Part shown: one piece after another, positions 23,162 to 39,429 of the stretch | How positions within the stretch are numbered: the first letter of the stretch is position 1 | Layout of the letters: every line of letters starts with the position of its first letter | Assembly: GCA_002269645.1 (NCBI GenBank) | Contig: NIVC01002928.1 | Coordinates: 9,129 to 73,128 of the forward strand | From: Macrostomum lignano | Lineage: Eukaryota | Length of the DNA stretch: 64,000 nucleotides | Direction of reading: 5' to 3' | Notes under the pieces: generated by a model | Seen by the model: only the letters and a program-made list of their open reading frames with translations | What the model was told of the DNA's origin: nothing | The model's database searches: none | Position numbers and translations under genes: made by a program

Positions 23162-26100
23162 TCACTCTGAGCAGGTCTCTCCGTGACGCAGGTGCTCCCG
23201 ACGAAGGCGAGCCATCGCCGCATCGTCCTGTCGACCTTCGGCCTCCGCCGCGGCCAGCAGACTGCTCAGCACGGGCCAGTCCTTGGCCAGGCAGGCCGAC
23301 TGCGCCAGCACGCAGGTGAAAATCTCCCGCTGAGCCCGGCTGCCCCCGACGCCGGCCAGCCGGTGCCGCAGCGGGTGCAGCCGCCGGCACACCGCCGAGT
23401 GGTCGCCGGCGAGGAAATCTTGGGTAGCCGCCACCAGACCGGCGGCGCCGTCCTCGCCGAGGCCGCCGTCGACGGCGATGCCGCGGCACAGTCGGACGCT
23501 GTGATGCCACTCCGGACGCTGTTTGATAGTGTCGGCCAGTCTGTCCGAGAATTCGGCCAGCTGATCTGTCCGGCCGGCGCAGGCCAGCGCCAGGGCCAGG
23601 TGGAAATCGTAAAACAGCAAATCATGACCAGGCGTGGCGCCGGCTTTGCAGGCGGGCGCGGTGGCGGCGGTCATTTCGGTCAGGGCGGAGTCGCACAGCT
23701 CCTGCCAGCGCTTGCCGACGTCAACGCCGGCCACCTGGAAGCGGGGGTGGGGGTGAAAATTAAATTATTGAAAGTTTTGCTTTTACAGCAAGACAGTAAG
23801 TTTTGTTTCGACTTTTAAATGTTTGATTTGACCTTCAAGTGTTTCGTCAGACCTTTAAATGTTTTGATTGACCTTGAAATGTTTCAAATGACCTTTAAGT
23901 GTCTACTTTAACCTTCAAATTTTCAGTTTGATATTCTAATGTTCCGTTTGACCTTCTAATGTCCTGTTTGACCTTCGAATGTTCCGTTTGACCTTCTAAT
24001 GTCCTGTTTGACCTTCGAATGTTCCGTTTGACCTTCTAATGTCCTGTTTGACCTTCAAATGTTCCGTTTGACCTTTACACGTCTACTTTCACCGTAATAT
24101 GTTTTCTTAACCATAAAAGCTATTTTTAACTCTAGCAATGGTTTATTTGTAGGCATCTCTGTGACATAAAAAATGACAAGCAATAAACAGATGGCACTCA
24201 CCTGCAGCCTAAACAGCAGTGACACGCAGTCCGATGCGGGAAAGGCTCCCTTGCTAGCAGTCAGCGCGTCCAGCATGAACTGATCGTACAACTCCAGAGC
24301 CCGGTCTGTCCGGCCCGTGTTCATATAAAACAGCGCAGTGTGCCAGGTGTTGTGACAGCTCAGATGGTTGCCGGGCAACCAGCCGGTCTCCCTGGTGCCG
24401 AGCATGTAGCCGAGGCCCTGAGCGTAGCGGCCAGTGGAGTGGAACACGTGAGCCATGGAGTGGTGGGCCCACGGGTCGGCCGGGTTGAGCCACAGCGCGC
24501 TGTCCAGCACGTCGGTGGCTCGCTGGAACTGGTAGCACTCCTCTAGGCCGAACCCGTGACGGGACAGGGCGAACGGCTTGAACACATTGGAGTTCGAGTA
24601 GTGCGGCACGACCTGGCGGGCGGGTTTGTTCGCCAGTTTTTACTCGCTTTCCTAGAAATACAATATTCTCGATTCTCTTTAGGGGAGGGGCGATTCTCAT
24701 GATGGGAGGGGCGATTCTCGTGAGGGGAGGGGCGATTCTCTTCAGGAGAGGGGCGATTCTCGTGATGGGAGGGGCGATTCTCTTCAGAAGAGGGGCGATT
24801 CTCGTGATGGGAGGGGCGATTCTCTTCGGGGAAGGGGCGATTCTCTTCAGGAGAGGGGCGATTCTCTTCGGGGAAGGGGCGATTCTCTTCAGGAGAGGGG
24901 CGATTCTCTTCGGGGGAGGGGCGATTCTCTTCGGGGAGGGGCGATTCTCTTCGGGGGAGGGGCGATTCTCTTCGGGGAGGGGCGATTCTCTTCAGGGGAG
25001 GGGCGATTCTCTTCGGGGGAGGGGCGATTCTCTTCGGGGGAGGGGCGATTCTCTTCGGGGGAGGGGCGATTCTTTTCGGGGGAGGGGCGATTCTCTTCAG
25101 GAGAGGGGCGATTCTCTTCGGGGGAGGGGCGATTCTCTTCGGGGGAGGGGCGATTCTTTTCGGGGGAGGGGCGATTCTCTTCGGGGGAGGGGCGATTCTC
25201 TTCGGGGGAGGGGCGATTCTCTTCGGGGAGGGGCGATTCTCTTCGGGGAGGGGCGATTCTCTTCGGGGGAGGGGCGATTCTCTTCGGGGGAGGGGCGATT
25301 CTTTTCAGGGAAGGCCATTCTCTTCAGCAGAAGGGTGGTTGTATTCAGGGGAGGGGCGATTCTCTTCGGGGAAGGGGCGATTCTCTTCAGGAGAGGGGCG
25401 ATTCTCTTCGGGGGAGGGGCGATTCTCTTCGGGGGAGGGGCGATTCTCTTCGGGGGAGGGGCGATTCTCTTCGGGGGAGGGGCGATTCTCTTCGGGGGAG
25501 GGGCGATTCTCTTCAGGGGAGGGGCGATTCTCTTCGGGGGAGGGGCGATTCTCTTCGGGGGAGGGGCGATTCTCTTCGGGGAGGGGCGATTCTCTTCGGG
25601 GGAGGGGCGATTCTCTTCGGGGAGGGGCGATTCTCTTCGGGGAGGGGCGATTCTCTTCGGGGAGGGGCGATTCTTTTCGGGGGAGGGGCGATTCTCTTCG
25701 GGGGAGGGGCGATTCTTTTCGGGGGAGGGGCGATTCTCTTCGGGGAGGGGCGATTCTCTTCGGGGGAGGGGCGATTCTCTTCGGGGAAGGGGCGATTCTC
25801 TTCGGGGGAGGGGCGATTCTCTTCGGGGGAGGGGCGATTCTTTTCGGGGGAGGGGCGATTCTCTTCGGGGGAGGGGCGATTCTCTTCGGGGAGGGGCGAT
25901 TCTCTTCGGGGGAGGGGCGATTCTCTTCGGGGAGGGGCGATTCTCTTCGGGGGAGGGGCGATTCTCTTCGGGAGAGGGGCGATTCTCTTCGGGGGAGGGG
26001 CGATTCTTTTCAGGGAAGGCCATTCTCTTCAGCAGAAGGGTGGTTGTATTCAGGGGAGGGGCGATTCTCGTGAGGGGAGGGGCGATTCTCGTGAGGGGAG

Positions 26101-27965
26101 GGGCGATTCTCGCGAGGGGAGGGGCGATTCTCGTGAGGGGAGGGGCGATTCTCTTCAGGGGAAGGGCGATTCTCTTCAGAGGAGGGGCGATTCTCTTCAG
26201 GGGAGGGGCGATTCTTTTCGGGGCAGGGGCGATTCTCTTTAGGGAAATGGCGATTCACTTCAGCAAAGAAGCGATTCTCATTAGGGGAAGGGCGATTCTC
26301 GTGAGGGGAGGGGCGATTCTCGTGATGGGAGGGGCAATTCTCTTCAGAAGAGGGGCGATTCTCTTCGGGGGAGGGGCGATTCTCTTCGGGGGAGGGGCGA
26401 TTCTCTTCAGGAGAGGGGCGATTCTCTTCAAGAGAGGGGCAATTCTCGTGATGGGAGGGGCGATTCTCTTCGGGGGAGGGGCGATTCTCTTCAGGAGAGG
26501 GGCGATTCTCTTCGGGGAAGGGGCGATTCTCTTCAGGAGAGGGGCGATTCTCTTCGGGGGAGGGGCGATTCTCTTCAGGAGAGGGGCGATTCTCTTCGGG
26601 GGAGGGGCGATTCTCTTCAGGAGAGGGGCGATTCTCTTCGGGGAGGGGCGATTCTCTTCAGGAGAGGGGCGATTCTCTTCGGGGGAGGGGCGATTCTCGT
26701 GATGGGAGGGGCGATTCTCGTCAGGGAAGAGGCGATTCTCTCATCTGCCTCTCACCTGAGCGCCGAGGTCGCGCATCCGCAACGAGTTGCCGCTCATCAG
26801 CGCCACAATGAAGGCTTTCTGAAAGGCGGCATAGTCGCCTGGCCACTTCAGCAAGTGGCGGTCCAGCAGCGACTCCAGCGCAAGCCAGTCGCCATCGAGG
26901 CTGGTCTGAAGGTTCAACAAAGTTGAGTCCTCCCAATCGGTGAGACAGCCAGCTCTGTTGGGAGAAGCCGGGTGTCATTATCAATCTCTTTGTTTCATAA
27001 CTTTTTGCTATGGCTTTGCGTGTCCGTTCCCCATCCGTTCATCTCGGTATCTCATGTCATCTTAGTTTTATATCGGTCCGTTCTAATCTCTCAATGTTTT
27101 GTCTCCTCTCTGATCCATCGGAATCTCCTTTCATCAATCGGAATCACATCTTTCATCTATCGGAATCCCATCTTTCATCTATCGGAATCCCATCTCTCAT
27201 TTATCGGAATCCCGTCTCTCATCTATCGAAATCCCGTCTCTCATCTATCGGAATCCCGTCTCTCATCTATCGGAATCCCGTCTCTCATCTATCGGAATCC
27301 CGTCTCTCATCTATCGGAATCCCATCTTTCATCTATCGGAATCCCATCTCTCATTTATCGGAATCCCGTCTCTCATCTATCGGAATCCCGTCTCTCATCT
27401 ATCGGAATCCCGTCTCTCATCTATCGGAATCCCGTCTCTCATCTATCGGAATCCCGTCTCTCATCTATCGGGATTCCATCTCTTATCTATCGGAATCCCA
27501 TCTCTTATTTAATCTCATTTCTAATATTCTTTCATCTATTCTTTCCGAGTCTCATATCGTTTCTTCTTAACATCTCAGTCTCTATGGAATTTTTGGGCAA
27601 ACCCGAAGCAAGTCTCAGCTCAGTTATAACCACTACCCCAGCTCCCCACATCCGCACCTTCTCTTGCTGTCCACCAGGTCGGTGACGCGGGCCATTCCGT
27701 CGGCGAACTCAGGCGAGCCTCGCTCTAAACTGGGCAAAACCAGAGAGGCGTGGAGCAGACAGCCAGGCAGAAATTCGGGCTCAGATTCGAGCAGGCGAGT
27801 GAGGCAGGCCTCCAAGCCGCCCAGAGACGGCTCATCTGTGAGGCTGGCAAACTGGTGCAGGGTGGCATGGTAGAGCTTTGCTGTGGCCTCGCTGGTGGTT
27901 GGCAAGGCAAAGCCGCACTCTTTCTGCCATTGGTGCAGGTTGTAGAAACTGGCTGGGCAGGACAT
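23162..27965 (-). CDS. TTC38: Tetratricopeptide repeat protein 38 homolog (about 496 aa)
   Basis: Exons 27965-27658, 26954-26756, 24612-24202, 23734-23162, all GT-AG and phase-compatible. TTC38-like segments: LPTTSEATAKLYHATLHQF...SLGGLEACL, GFGLEEC...DPWAHHSMAHV, CHNTWHTALF, DCVSLLFRL, GGSRAQREIF. Confidence 0.88.
23820..24075. repeat. About 20-bp tandem repeat (tttgaccttc...aatg) in TTC38 intron 3
   Basis: Direct; alternating variants. Confidence 0.8.
24680..26740. repeat. About 21-bp G-rich minisatellite (ggggaggggcgattctcttcg) in TTC38 intron 2
   Basis: Direct; G-run length varies between copies. Confidence 0.95.
27110..27500. repeat. 22-bp tandem repeat (tcatctatcggaatcccgtctc) in TTC38 intron 1
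   Basis: Direct. Confidence 0.9.
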
Positions 27966-30136
27966 GTAGCATGCATAGCATAGTATACTATTCTGTGTTG
28001 TTACAAAGCTTGACATAATGTAAAAACATAACAATTCAATGAAAAATTATCTTAAAAAGACTTAATAGGCCTATATAACTAGCTTGAAAATTGAAAACAA
28101 AGCTCTAAATTTAGAATAGTCCTAGTGAGGCTTGACAATTTAAAGATTTTATTATTAGTGATCAAACTGTAGTATTATAAATAAAAGCTAATAAGAAATA
28201 TTTCTATAAAAAGCTTAGAAATATAATTTTTTAACATTGTATATATTTTGCACTAGTTTTTTTATTTTTGATACATTGTCTTTATTTGGCATTATTCTTT
28301 ATTTGGACTCTTGATTTCAATTTACATTTAAAATATAGTCAAGTTGAAAAAACTCCTACTAAAATAAAGAATATTCAACAATTATTCTATCAAGTTCCGT
28401 TTGTCTAGCTTTGGGATAAACTTATTTTATATTGTATAATTTTGGGCACAAAAAAACTGTCATATACTATGGATACGTTTGTTCAGGACATTCGGTTAAT
28501 AAAATAAAATACATAAATGATCCAGAAGCGGAATATGAAAAAAATTCTAGATATCTCATGGACATCAGTTAACGAGTTACATTGCATGAGTTAAGAGGGT
28601 CTACGAACTATTATAATATTTATTAAGTTAATGTTCTTCTGTGCAACAAATAGCTAGGCCTAGGCCTACTTATACTTTACTTTGATACTCACTGTTCAAT
28701 TGTGTTCTATTCTAATACCAAAAATGAAATTCAATCGAGAAAGCTGAATCAAAATTTTGTACAATAAACAAAGTTAAACACCGTTTTTATCCTGCAGTAA
28801 CTTTATTCGTAGCAAAAATGAAGCTTTTTAGAAACAAAACCGCATTTTGTCGCACCCTTCGATCAAACCCATGAAAAAAGTTGCCTGCATTTGTTTTAAT
28901 ATTTATCAGTTTAGAGTTCAATTTAATGTACATGTACACCACATGAACAAAGCGACCGTACGTGGAGTTCATGAATGAACTCAAGTCAAGTCCAGTCCTT
29001 ACGTGTCTCAAGGACGACTAATTGATACATATAGAAACAAAATGGAGCGCGCATTCAGGTCGTAAATCATCGATATGACTCCACACAATTCTGAATTACA
29101 GAAAGAGATCGAAGACCATTACATGTAAATCGTCAAAACAAGGACTAATGTACGTAAGAATTCAAAACAGTGCGCTAGTGTTCTTAAGTAAGTCCTTGAT
29201 CAAAACATCCTGTCCACTCCCTGGCCGATCTTCCCGTTCACTACACTTACACATGCATGCAGACGCTGGACCATGCACGATCGGGAGTATAATTACATGT
29301 ACATGTACTCATGCTTTGACATAATTGTGGCTATATGCATGAAATACTGCCTACATACTTTTCATTCGTCGTATACGTCTGTACATGTATGTATACATTG
29401 GTCATACATGTAATATAATGTTGACTTCTACCTGAACATACATGTACATGTACATATAACTGGTCAAATGTTTTGCACTTCTTTCTGTACAGTATGCGGT
29501 GCATGCATGATTGATCTGTTTGTTGTGAGAATCGTCTATACATAGAACTTCTTATAACTTCTACTACGGTATGCAGACCTTGCATGTACATGTACAATGT
29601 AGGACACAGATCGATTCCCAAAGATATACATGTACATTGCACAGATTACAATCGGATCGAGCTGGACCGTGTCACGTACTAGCTACTGTATCAAATAATT
29701 TGATCTTTTTTACGAACATCATTAATTTGAAGCAATTCTGAAGGTTAACTTTTAATATTCCGAGAGTGCATGTGTATATATGTATACTGGGTTGAGGAAA
29801 ATTTGGTTTGATCATTCGATCACATCATGGATTCTTCTCAATACAGCTGTAAACTTGACTGACTGCATGCTATGGAATCGTGGTTTGTTACAAGTACGTT
29901 TTCGCGTTAAAATTATAATGCGTTTTCTTAATTAGTTTGCGTGTTCATATACATGCGCAGTACACCAGTATCCGATTTATAATCACAGTATCCGATTATA
30001 AATCAAATTATAATCGCAGTTCACAGTTCATACAATGCAAAGTATCTAAGAAGAGGATACTGCGCAGTGTTACGGCCTGTTACAGTACGCGTTATTCATA
30101 TTATAAAATTTTATATTATGCTGATTAGAATAAACA

Positions 30137-30171
<35 letters not shown>

Positions 30172-31637
30172 CCGATCTCATACATGTATATCGGTTTTGG
30201 TTCTTAATTTAATCTATGACTATAGTTTAGTACGAGGTATTTGCCACTTGACTCGTACGTCATGTATACATGGCAATGTACATGTGTATAGTTGCCAAGT
30301 TTATTCACAATAACAACTTTGAAACGTGTACGTTTACTTTTGGTTCGAGTTTCCTTTACTCGTGTTTGACTCGAGTTGGGACAGCTACATGTGGTTTTAG
30401 TCTAGGCTTTATCGCTGTATCGCTGCAGTACTGTAAGTCTCAATTCTGCTTGGTGCATGGGTAGCCACCAAATGTAAGCAACTTTTCTGCGTTCGAGCCG
30501 ATCCTGACCATAAAACACATACACGTCAATTGGTCTATAGGCATTACTGTGCATGCATGCTGTGCCAGGTCATGCTACCTGAATAGCTACCTTAAATATC
30601 TGTGCCTGCACACAGTTTAAAATGTTACTGTGCGCCTGCATGACGCGTGCAGTGCGCTGGAATCGCACTGTATAGGTAAGTATAGCCGTGCGCTACATTT
30701 AGCAATTTTGGCATTTAATTTGCCCCAAACTCAAAACTCTTTTGCTACCAAGCAGGTTCAGAAAGCTGACTTGATTACGAGCCGTATCTTTCAACTTGCA
30801 TCCATACTTTTGTAGCTCTGCACGATCATTTAAGGTACAATTAAGGACGTATAAGGACGTATATATACTCTCAAGTTTTTTTAGCTAAAACTAAAAAAAA
30901 CAAAAAATCTGGTTAGTTTTTTATTTGAAACATTAAAAACTCAAGCGTATAGAGTAAGCTGCGAAACGAATTTCGAAAAGATTCACTTCCTTTGCCATCG
31001 TAGTACATGTAATGTAAGGTAGTAATCCGGCATTATTAAGTGTAGCACCCAATCTACTCTAGTTAATGTCCATCAATGCGGCACAACCAATCTATTATAC
31101 CTAGCATAAACCGGGCCCGTGCGCGCCACACTTTGTGGCAGCCAGAAACCAAGAAAATCAGCCTCACAGTCAGTTGGTTCCCCCCTTACCAGCTCAAAAC
31201 TCCCAATCGTTGAGTCTTCTGACTCCCTTCTCCCCCCACACACACACAGATGCGATCTGCTGGGGTGGCACAAGAGGAAATTAGTAGCCAACTCACACGC
31301 TCTCCCAGAACGCGCATTTATCCCCGGCACGCTCTGAGCCTGCACGGGGGCTCCCCCCATCACTGCACTTCCTCCTCCCCCACCATATGCGAGGAGGAGG
31401 GGATATATCAACGAGAAAGAGGAACTGCAGAGGCTGCGCTGCAGACAGAATCGAACAGTCCCGATTAGATCCGGTCAAACTAATTGCTATTGGGGGCCAT
31501 TGTAACTCCCTGGCATGCAATGGCACTCTTATTGTCGCTTGGCAGGCTCAGGATGCGAGTCGAAGGAAGCAGGCGAGCCCCCGGCGGCACTCTATATGAT
31601 CGAAACTATAGTGCTATTGACAGGCTGGACTGGCCAG

Positions 31638-33848
<2,211 letters not shown>

Positions 33849-34023
33849 TGGGCAGTTTTGAGTCGAGGCGGTCTTATCAGCTAGCTTTGAAAAAAGGGGG
33901 AAAGAGGCCGTTTCTTTGCTTGAGCGCGAAGAGAGCAGCCGAAACCGAATATTAGCTGGCTATAATTCTCAAGTCACCACCGCGACCGCCTTTGCATTGC
34001 ATGCGGCAGCATTGCCAGGCCTC

Positions 34024-37000
34024 ATGTGGCGCCTTCGAAGGGCCGGCCGGATCTGCTCGGCCGTCTGTCATCGAGCCTCCAACCGATTGAAGAGTCCCGA
34101 CTGCCTGCTGTGCATCTTCACCTGCACCTTCGTGTACGTGCTCTGCTTCATATTCATCCTGGCGATTGTCGTCCGCAGCGGCGGCTACGGCAGCGGCTCC
34201 AACAAGCACTCGATGCTCTTTCGCATGAAGGACGCGTCAGCTGAGGCCGCCAACGCGGCTGTTGAATCTGCCGGGGTGGCAGATTCTGATGATGCCACCG
34301 GCGGCGCTGGTGCTGGGGGTAGCATCGGAGGCGGCAGCGGGAACGGCGAAGTGCTCTACGAACGGAAATCCGTCGACGACGTGTTCGTCGAGGAGAATGT
34401 CTTCAACGAATCGCCTGGCGGCGACGCCGGCGGCGATGGTCAACGCTCAGAGCGACAGCTGGACCCGGAGGTGCTCACGGAGACCGGGCCGTTTGCCGGC
34501 TACGGCAGCCAGGACTTCCGCTATCCGCTTAGCGTCGACATGCCGGAACTGCTGGCCAGACTGCGCTCTGACCTGCCAGTCTCCGTTAGCCCCATCAACC
34601 AGTTCAGTTCGCCCTGGCTGATTCAACACTCCGGCGAGTGCAACAGAACCGCAGGCGGCCAACCAACCGAACTGCTGGTGCTGGTGAAGTCGCACCCGGC
34701 CAATCTGGCTAACCGCGAGGCCATCCGGCGCACCTGGGCTCGGCCCGATTGCTGGCGCCAGCGGGTTCGAGTCTACTTCCTGCTCGGCGCCAAGGCCGCC
34801 TACGGCGTCAGGCGGGGGCACCGGATCCTCCGCCGGGTGCGCGACTGGCGCCAGTCGCTGCTTGACGAGGACTCGCGCCATGGCGACCTGCTGGTGCGCG
34901 AGTTCGTTGATCACTACTTCAATAACACACTCAAGCTGATGTCGGGCATCCAGTGGTCCGACTCCGAGTGTCCCGGTGCTCGATTCACGGCGTTTGTCGA
35001 CGACGACTTCTTTGTTAATCCGTATCAGGTGAGAGATGCGGGTCTGCATCTGCATTGACTATTGAAGTTTGATATCACACAGGTGGCGCCTCAATAGGTG
35101 ATGGGACATGTGACGGCTAACACCTGAAATGATTGACTTCCCCTGACAACCAAAGTGGCTTCTCCTGACACTCAAAGTGGCTTCTGACACTGAAAGTGGC
35201 TTCTCCTGACACTCAAAGTGGCTTCTCCTGACACTCAAAGTGACTTCTCCTGACACTCAAAGTGGCTTCTCCTGACACTGAAAGTGGCTTCTACTGACAC
35301 TCAAAGTGGCTTCTCCTGACACTGAAAGTGGCTTCTCCTGACACTGAAAGTGGCTTCTCCTGACATTGAAAGCGTCTTCTCCTGACACTGAAAGGGACTT
35401 CTCTGACAACTGAAGTTACTCCCCCCTCCGACAATCAAAGTAACTTGCCCTGACAACCAAAGTGGCTTTGTGACGCGAAACCAGCCACCACATTCTGCAG
35501 GTAGAGCGTCAGTTGAACTCTGTCAGCGCCGCAGTCTATGGCCGATTCCTAGGCGGCTATGTCTGGCGCACCTCTCTGCCCAGAAGGCGAAGTCGGAAGC
35601 ATCGCAGCAAGTGGGACATCTCCGTGTCCGAGTATCCATGGTCATCCTACCCGCCTTACGCAGCCGCCGGAGCTCTTTTCATGTCCAGACCGGTGCGCCT
35701 TGGGCAGTGGGTGCGGCGGTGCAGGCTTTGGTCAATAAAATAGAGGAATAGCACAATGAACAAGAAACTGTACAGACAGGAAATTATGGGAGCGGACAAG
35801 CAGATTAAAAACTGAGAGTTGAGAGCGATGACATTACAAGCAGGTGGGAACGGGAGCGAATATGGGAGCGGAGATTACATGTAGAACACAGGTGGGAGCG
35901 GAGATTACATGTAGAACACAGGTGGGAGCGGAGATTACATGTAGAACACAGGTGGGAGCGGAGATTACATGTAGAACACAGGTGGGAGCGGAGATTACAT
36001 GTAGAACACAGGTGGGAGCGGAGATTACATGTAGAACACAGGTGGGAGCGGAGATTACATGTAGAACACATGTGGGAGCGGAGATTACATGTAGAACACA
36101 GGTGGGAGCTGAGATTACATGTAGAACACAGGTGGGAGCGGAGATCACATGTAGAACACAGGTGGGAGCGGAGATTACATGTAGAACACAGGTGGGAGCG
36201 GAGATTACATGTAAAACACAGGTGGGAGCGGAGATTACATGTAGAACACAGGTGGGAGCGGAGATTACATGTAGAACACAGGTGGGAGCGGAGATTACAT
36301 GTAGAACACAGGTGGGAGCGGAGATTACATGTAGAACACAGGTGGGAGCGGAGATTACATGTAGAACACAGGTGGGAGCGGAGATTACATGTAGAAGACA
36401 GGTGGGAGAGGAGATTACATGTAGAACACAGGTGGGAGCGGAGATTACATGTAGAACACATGTGGGAGCGGAGATTACATGTAGAACACAGGTGGGAGCG
36501 GAGATTACATGTAGAACACAGGTGGGAGCGGAGATTACATGTAGAACACAGGTGGGAGCGGAGATTACATGTAGAACACAGGTGGGAGCGGAGATTACAT
36601 GTAGAACACAGGTGGGAGCGGAGATTACATGTAGAACACAGGTGGGAGAGGAGATTACATGTAGAACACAGGTGGGAGCGGAGATTACATGTAGAACACA
36701 TGTGGGAGCGGAGATTACATGTAGAACACAGGTGGGAGCGGAGATTACATGTAGAACACAGGTGGGAGCGGAGATTACATGTAGAACACAGGTGGGAGCG
36801 GAGATTACATGTAGAACACAGGTGGGAGCGGAGATTACATGTAAAACACAGGTGGGAGCGGAGATTACATGTAGAAGACAGGTGGGAGAGGAGATTACAT
36901 GTAGAACACAGGTGGGAGCGGAGATTACATGTAGAACACAGGTGGGAGCGGAGATTACATGTAAAACACAGGTGGGAGAGGAGATTACATGTAGAACACA

Positions 37001-38300
37001 GGTGGGAGAGGAGATTACATGTAGAACACAGGTGGGAGCGGAGATTACATGTAGAACACAGGTGGGAGAGGAGATTACATGTAGAACACAGGTGGGAGCG
37101 GAGATTACATGTAGAACACAGGTGGGAGAGGAGATTACATGTAAAACACAGGTGGGAGCGGAGATTACATGTAGAACACAGGTGGGAGCGGAGATTACAT
37201 GTAGAACACAGGTGGGAGCGGAGATTACATGTAAAACACAGGTGGGAGCGGAGATTACAAGTAGAACACAGGTGGGAGCGGAGATTACATGTAGAACACA
37301 TGTGGGAGCGGAGATTACATGTAGAACACAGGTGGGAGCGGAGATTACATGTAGAACACAGGTGGGAGCGGAGATTACATGTAGAACACAGGTGGGAGCG
37401 GAGATTACATGTAGAACACAGGTGGGAGCGGAGATTACATGTAGAACACAGGTGGGAGCGGAGATTACATGTAGAACACAGGTGGGAGCTGAGATTACAT
37501 GTAGAACACAGGTGGGAGCGGAGATTACATGTAGAACACAGGTGGGAGCGGAGATTACATGTAGAACACAGGTGGGAGCTGAGATTACATGTAGAACACC
37601 GGTGGGAGCGGAGATTACATGTAGAACACAGGTGGGAGCTGAGATTACATGTAGAACACAGGTGGGAGCGGAGATTACATGTAGAACACAGGTGGGAGCG
37701 GAGATTACATGTAGAACACAGGTGGGAGAGGAGATTACATGTAGAACACAGGTGGGAGCGGAGATTACATGTAGAACACAGGTGGGAGCGGAGATCACAT
37801 GTAGAACACAGGTGGGAGCGGAGATTACATGTAGAACACAGGTGGGAGCGGAGATTACATGTAGAACACAGGTGGGAGCGGAGATTACATGTAGAACACA
37901 GGTGGGAGCGGAGATTACATGTAGAACACAGGTGGGAGCGGAGATTACATGTAGAACACGGGTGGGAGCGGGGATTCAAACACGGGTGACATAACTGGCT
38001 CAACCCCGGCCGCAGGTGCTGGAAGACATCGCCGTTGCCATGCTGTACACCCGATACCTTCGCTTCGATGACATCTTCATCGGCCTGGTGGCGCACAAGC
38101 TGCTGCTGTCGCCGCTGCACATGGAGTCCGTCCGGGCCTACGAGCCCGTGTGGTCCAACTGCACGGACACGCAGGCTTTGCTGAGACTGGCGGCCTCTCA
38201 CGGCTACAAGGCGCCATCAGAATTGGACAAAATGTGGCAGCGACTGCATCTGGCAGGGCTGTGCACCGCGGCAGCAGTCCGGACAGCCGGTGCCGGGTAA
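34024..38300 (+). CDS. Beta-1,3-galactosyltransferase-like (GT31 family) type II membrane glycosyltransferase, about 493 aa
   Basis: Exons 34024-35028, 35501-35692, 38016-38300, all phase 0 GT-AG. N-terminal TM helix; LLVLVKS, REAIRRTW, VYFLLG, GDLL..FVDHYFNNTLK, FVDDDFFVN (DxD), YPPY, FDDIFIG. Confidence 0.9.
35140..35470. repeat. 21-bp tandem repeat (aagtggcttctcctgacactc) in GT31 intron 1
   Basis: Direct. Confidence 0.88.
35860..37985. repeat. 30-bp minisatellite (gagattacatgtagaacacaggtgggagcg), about 70 copies, in GT31 intron 2
   Basis: Direct, highly homogeneous. Confidence 0.97.
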
Positions 38301-38359
38301 CGGTTGTTGAGGCTGCCTTGCTTTTCCCAATCCAACAACACAACAACAGCGGCAGCTCA

Positions 38360-38995
38360 GCAACACCAACAACTAAACAACCCCAACAGCTCAACAACCC
38401 CAAGAATTCAACAACCCCAGCAATTCAACAACCCTAGAAATTCAACAACCCCAGCAATTCAACAACCCCAGCAATTCAACAACCCCAACAGCTCAACAAC
38501 CCCAGCAATTCAACAACCCCAGCAATTCAACAACCCCAGCAATTCAACAACCCCAGCAATTCAACAACCCTAGAAATTCAACAACCCCAGCAATTCAACA
38601 ACCCTAGAAATTCAACAACCCCAGCAATTCAACAACCCCAGCAATTCAACAACCCCAGCAATTCAACAACCCCAGCAATTCAACAACCCCAGCAATTCAA
38701 CAACCCCAGCAATTCAACAACCCTAGAAATTCAACAACCCTAGAAATTCAACAACCCCAGCAATTCAACAACCCCAACAATTCAACAACCCCAACAATTC
38801 AACAACCCCAACAATTCAACAACCCCAACAATTCAACAACCCCAACAATTCAACAACCCCAACAATTCAACAACCCCAACAATTCAACAACCCCAACAAT
38901 TCAACAACCCCAACAATTCAAAAACCATAGCAACTCAAAAATTTCGCAATCGCAATAATCTCATACCATCTCAACAACCCCAACAATTCAACACC
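38360..38995. repeat. 17-bp CA-rich tandem repeat (caattcaacaaccccag) 3' of GT31
   Basis: Direct. Confidence 0.9.
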
Positions 38996-39429
38996 CGGGG
39001 TCGGAATGGAAGCAAAAGTTGTGCAAGATTATCGCTCGTATTAAAATTAAAACCCCGTCTTTTTTATCTTTTCAATTGCCATGAGCTCAAGCAAAGTTTC
39101 AAGTCGTACAAAAGTGATTTATATGATTGTCCTTAATAATTTATATCTTTAACGTATTCAAATTTTGATTTATCGGTTTTTTTGTGAAACTTTTTTAGCC
39201 TGCAATGTGCGAAGTTTTGCTCATGTCGCTTTAGATATAATTTCATGATTTCTCTGTGTTACAAATATATTGGATAATTTTTAATATAAATAAATAGCTC
39301 GGAAAAGTACAGCTGAGAGTGTACTTTATTATTAATGCACAAGCGAATGATACTGAAAAATTGGATTTTCTGTGCTTTACTGACACGCTGTTATTGCAAC
39401 AACAGCTCAAAAACCATGCACTCATAACA

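Noticed and set aside
21056-23818. Alternative-frame and antisense ORFs over the 21.0-21.9 kb gene and TTC38 exon 4
   Set aside because: Shadow ORFs of GC-rich coding sequence; the same applies to those over GT31 and DEG/ENaC.
24699-26702. 667-aa RG-rich ORF and overlapping ORFs
   Set aside because: Translation of the G-rich minisatellite inside TTC38 intron 2.
33916-34023. TTG-initiated N-terminal extension of GT31
   Set aside because: The ATG at 34024 gives a normal short cytoplasmic tail before the TM helix; no support for a non-AUG start.
35805-38201. 640-800-aa ORFs with Cys/His repeats resembling zinc fingers
   Set aside because: Stop-free translations of a 30-bp tandem unit in several frames on both strands; intronic.
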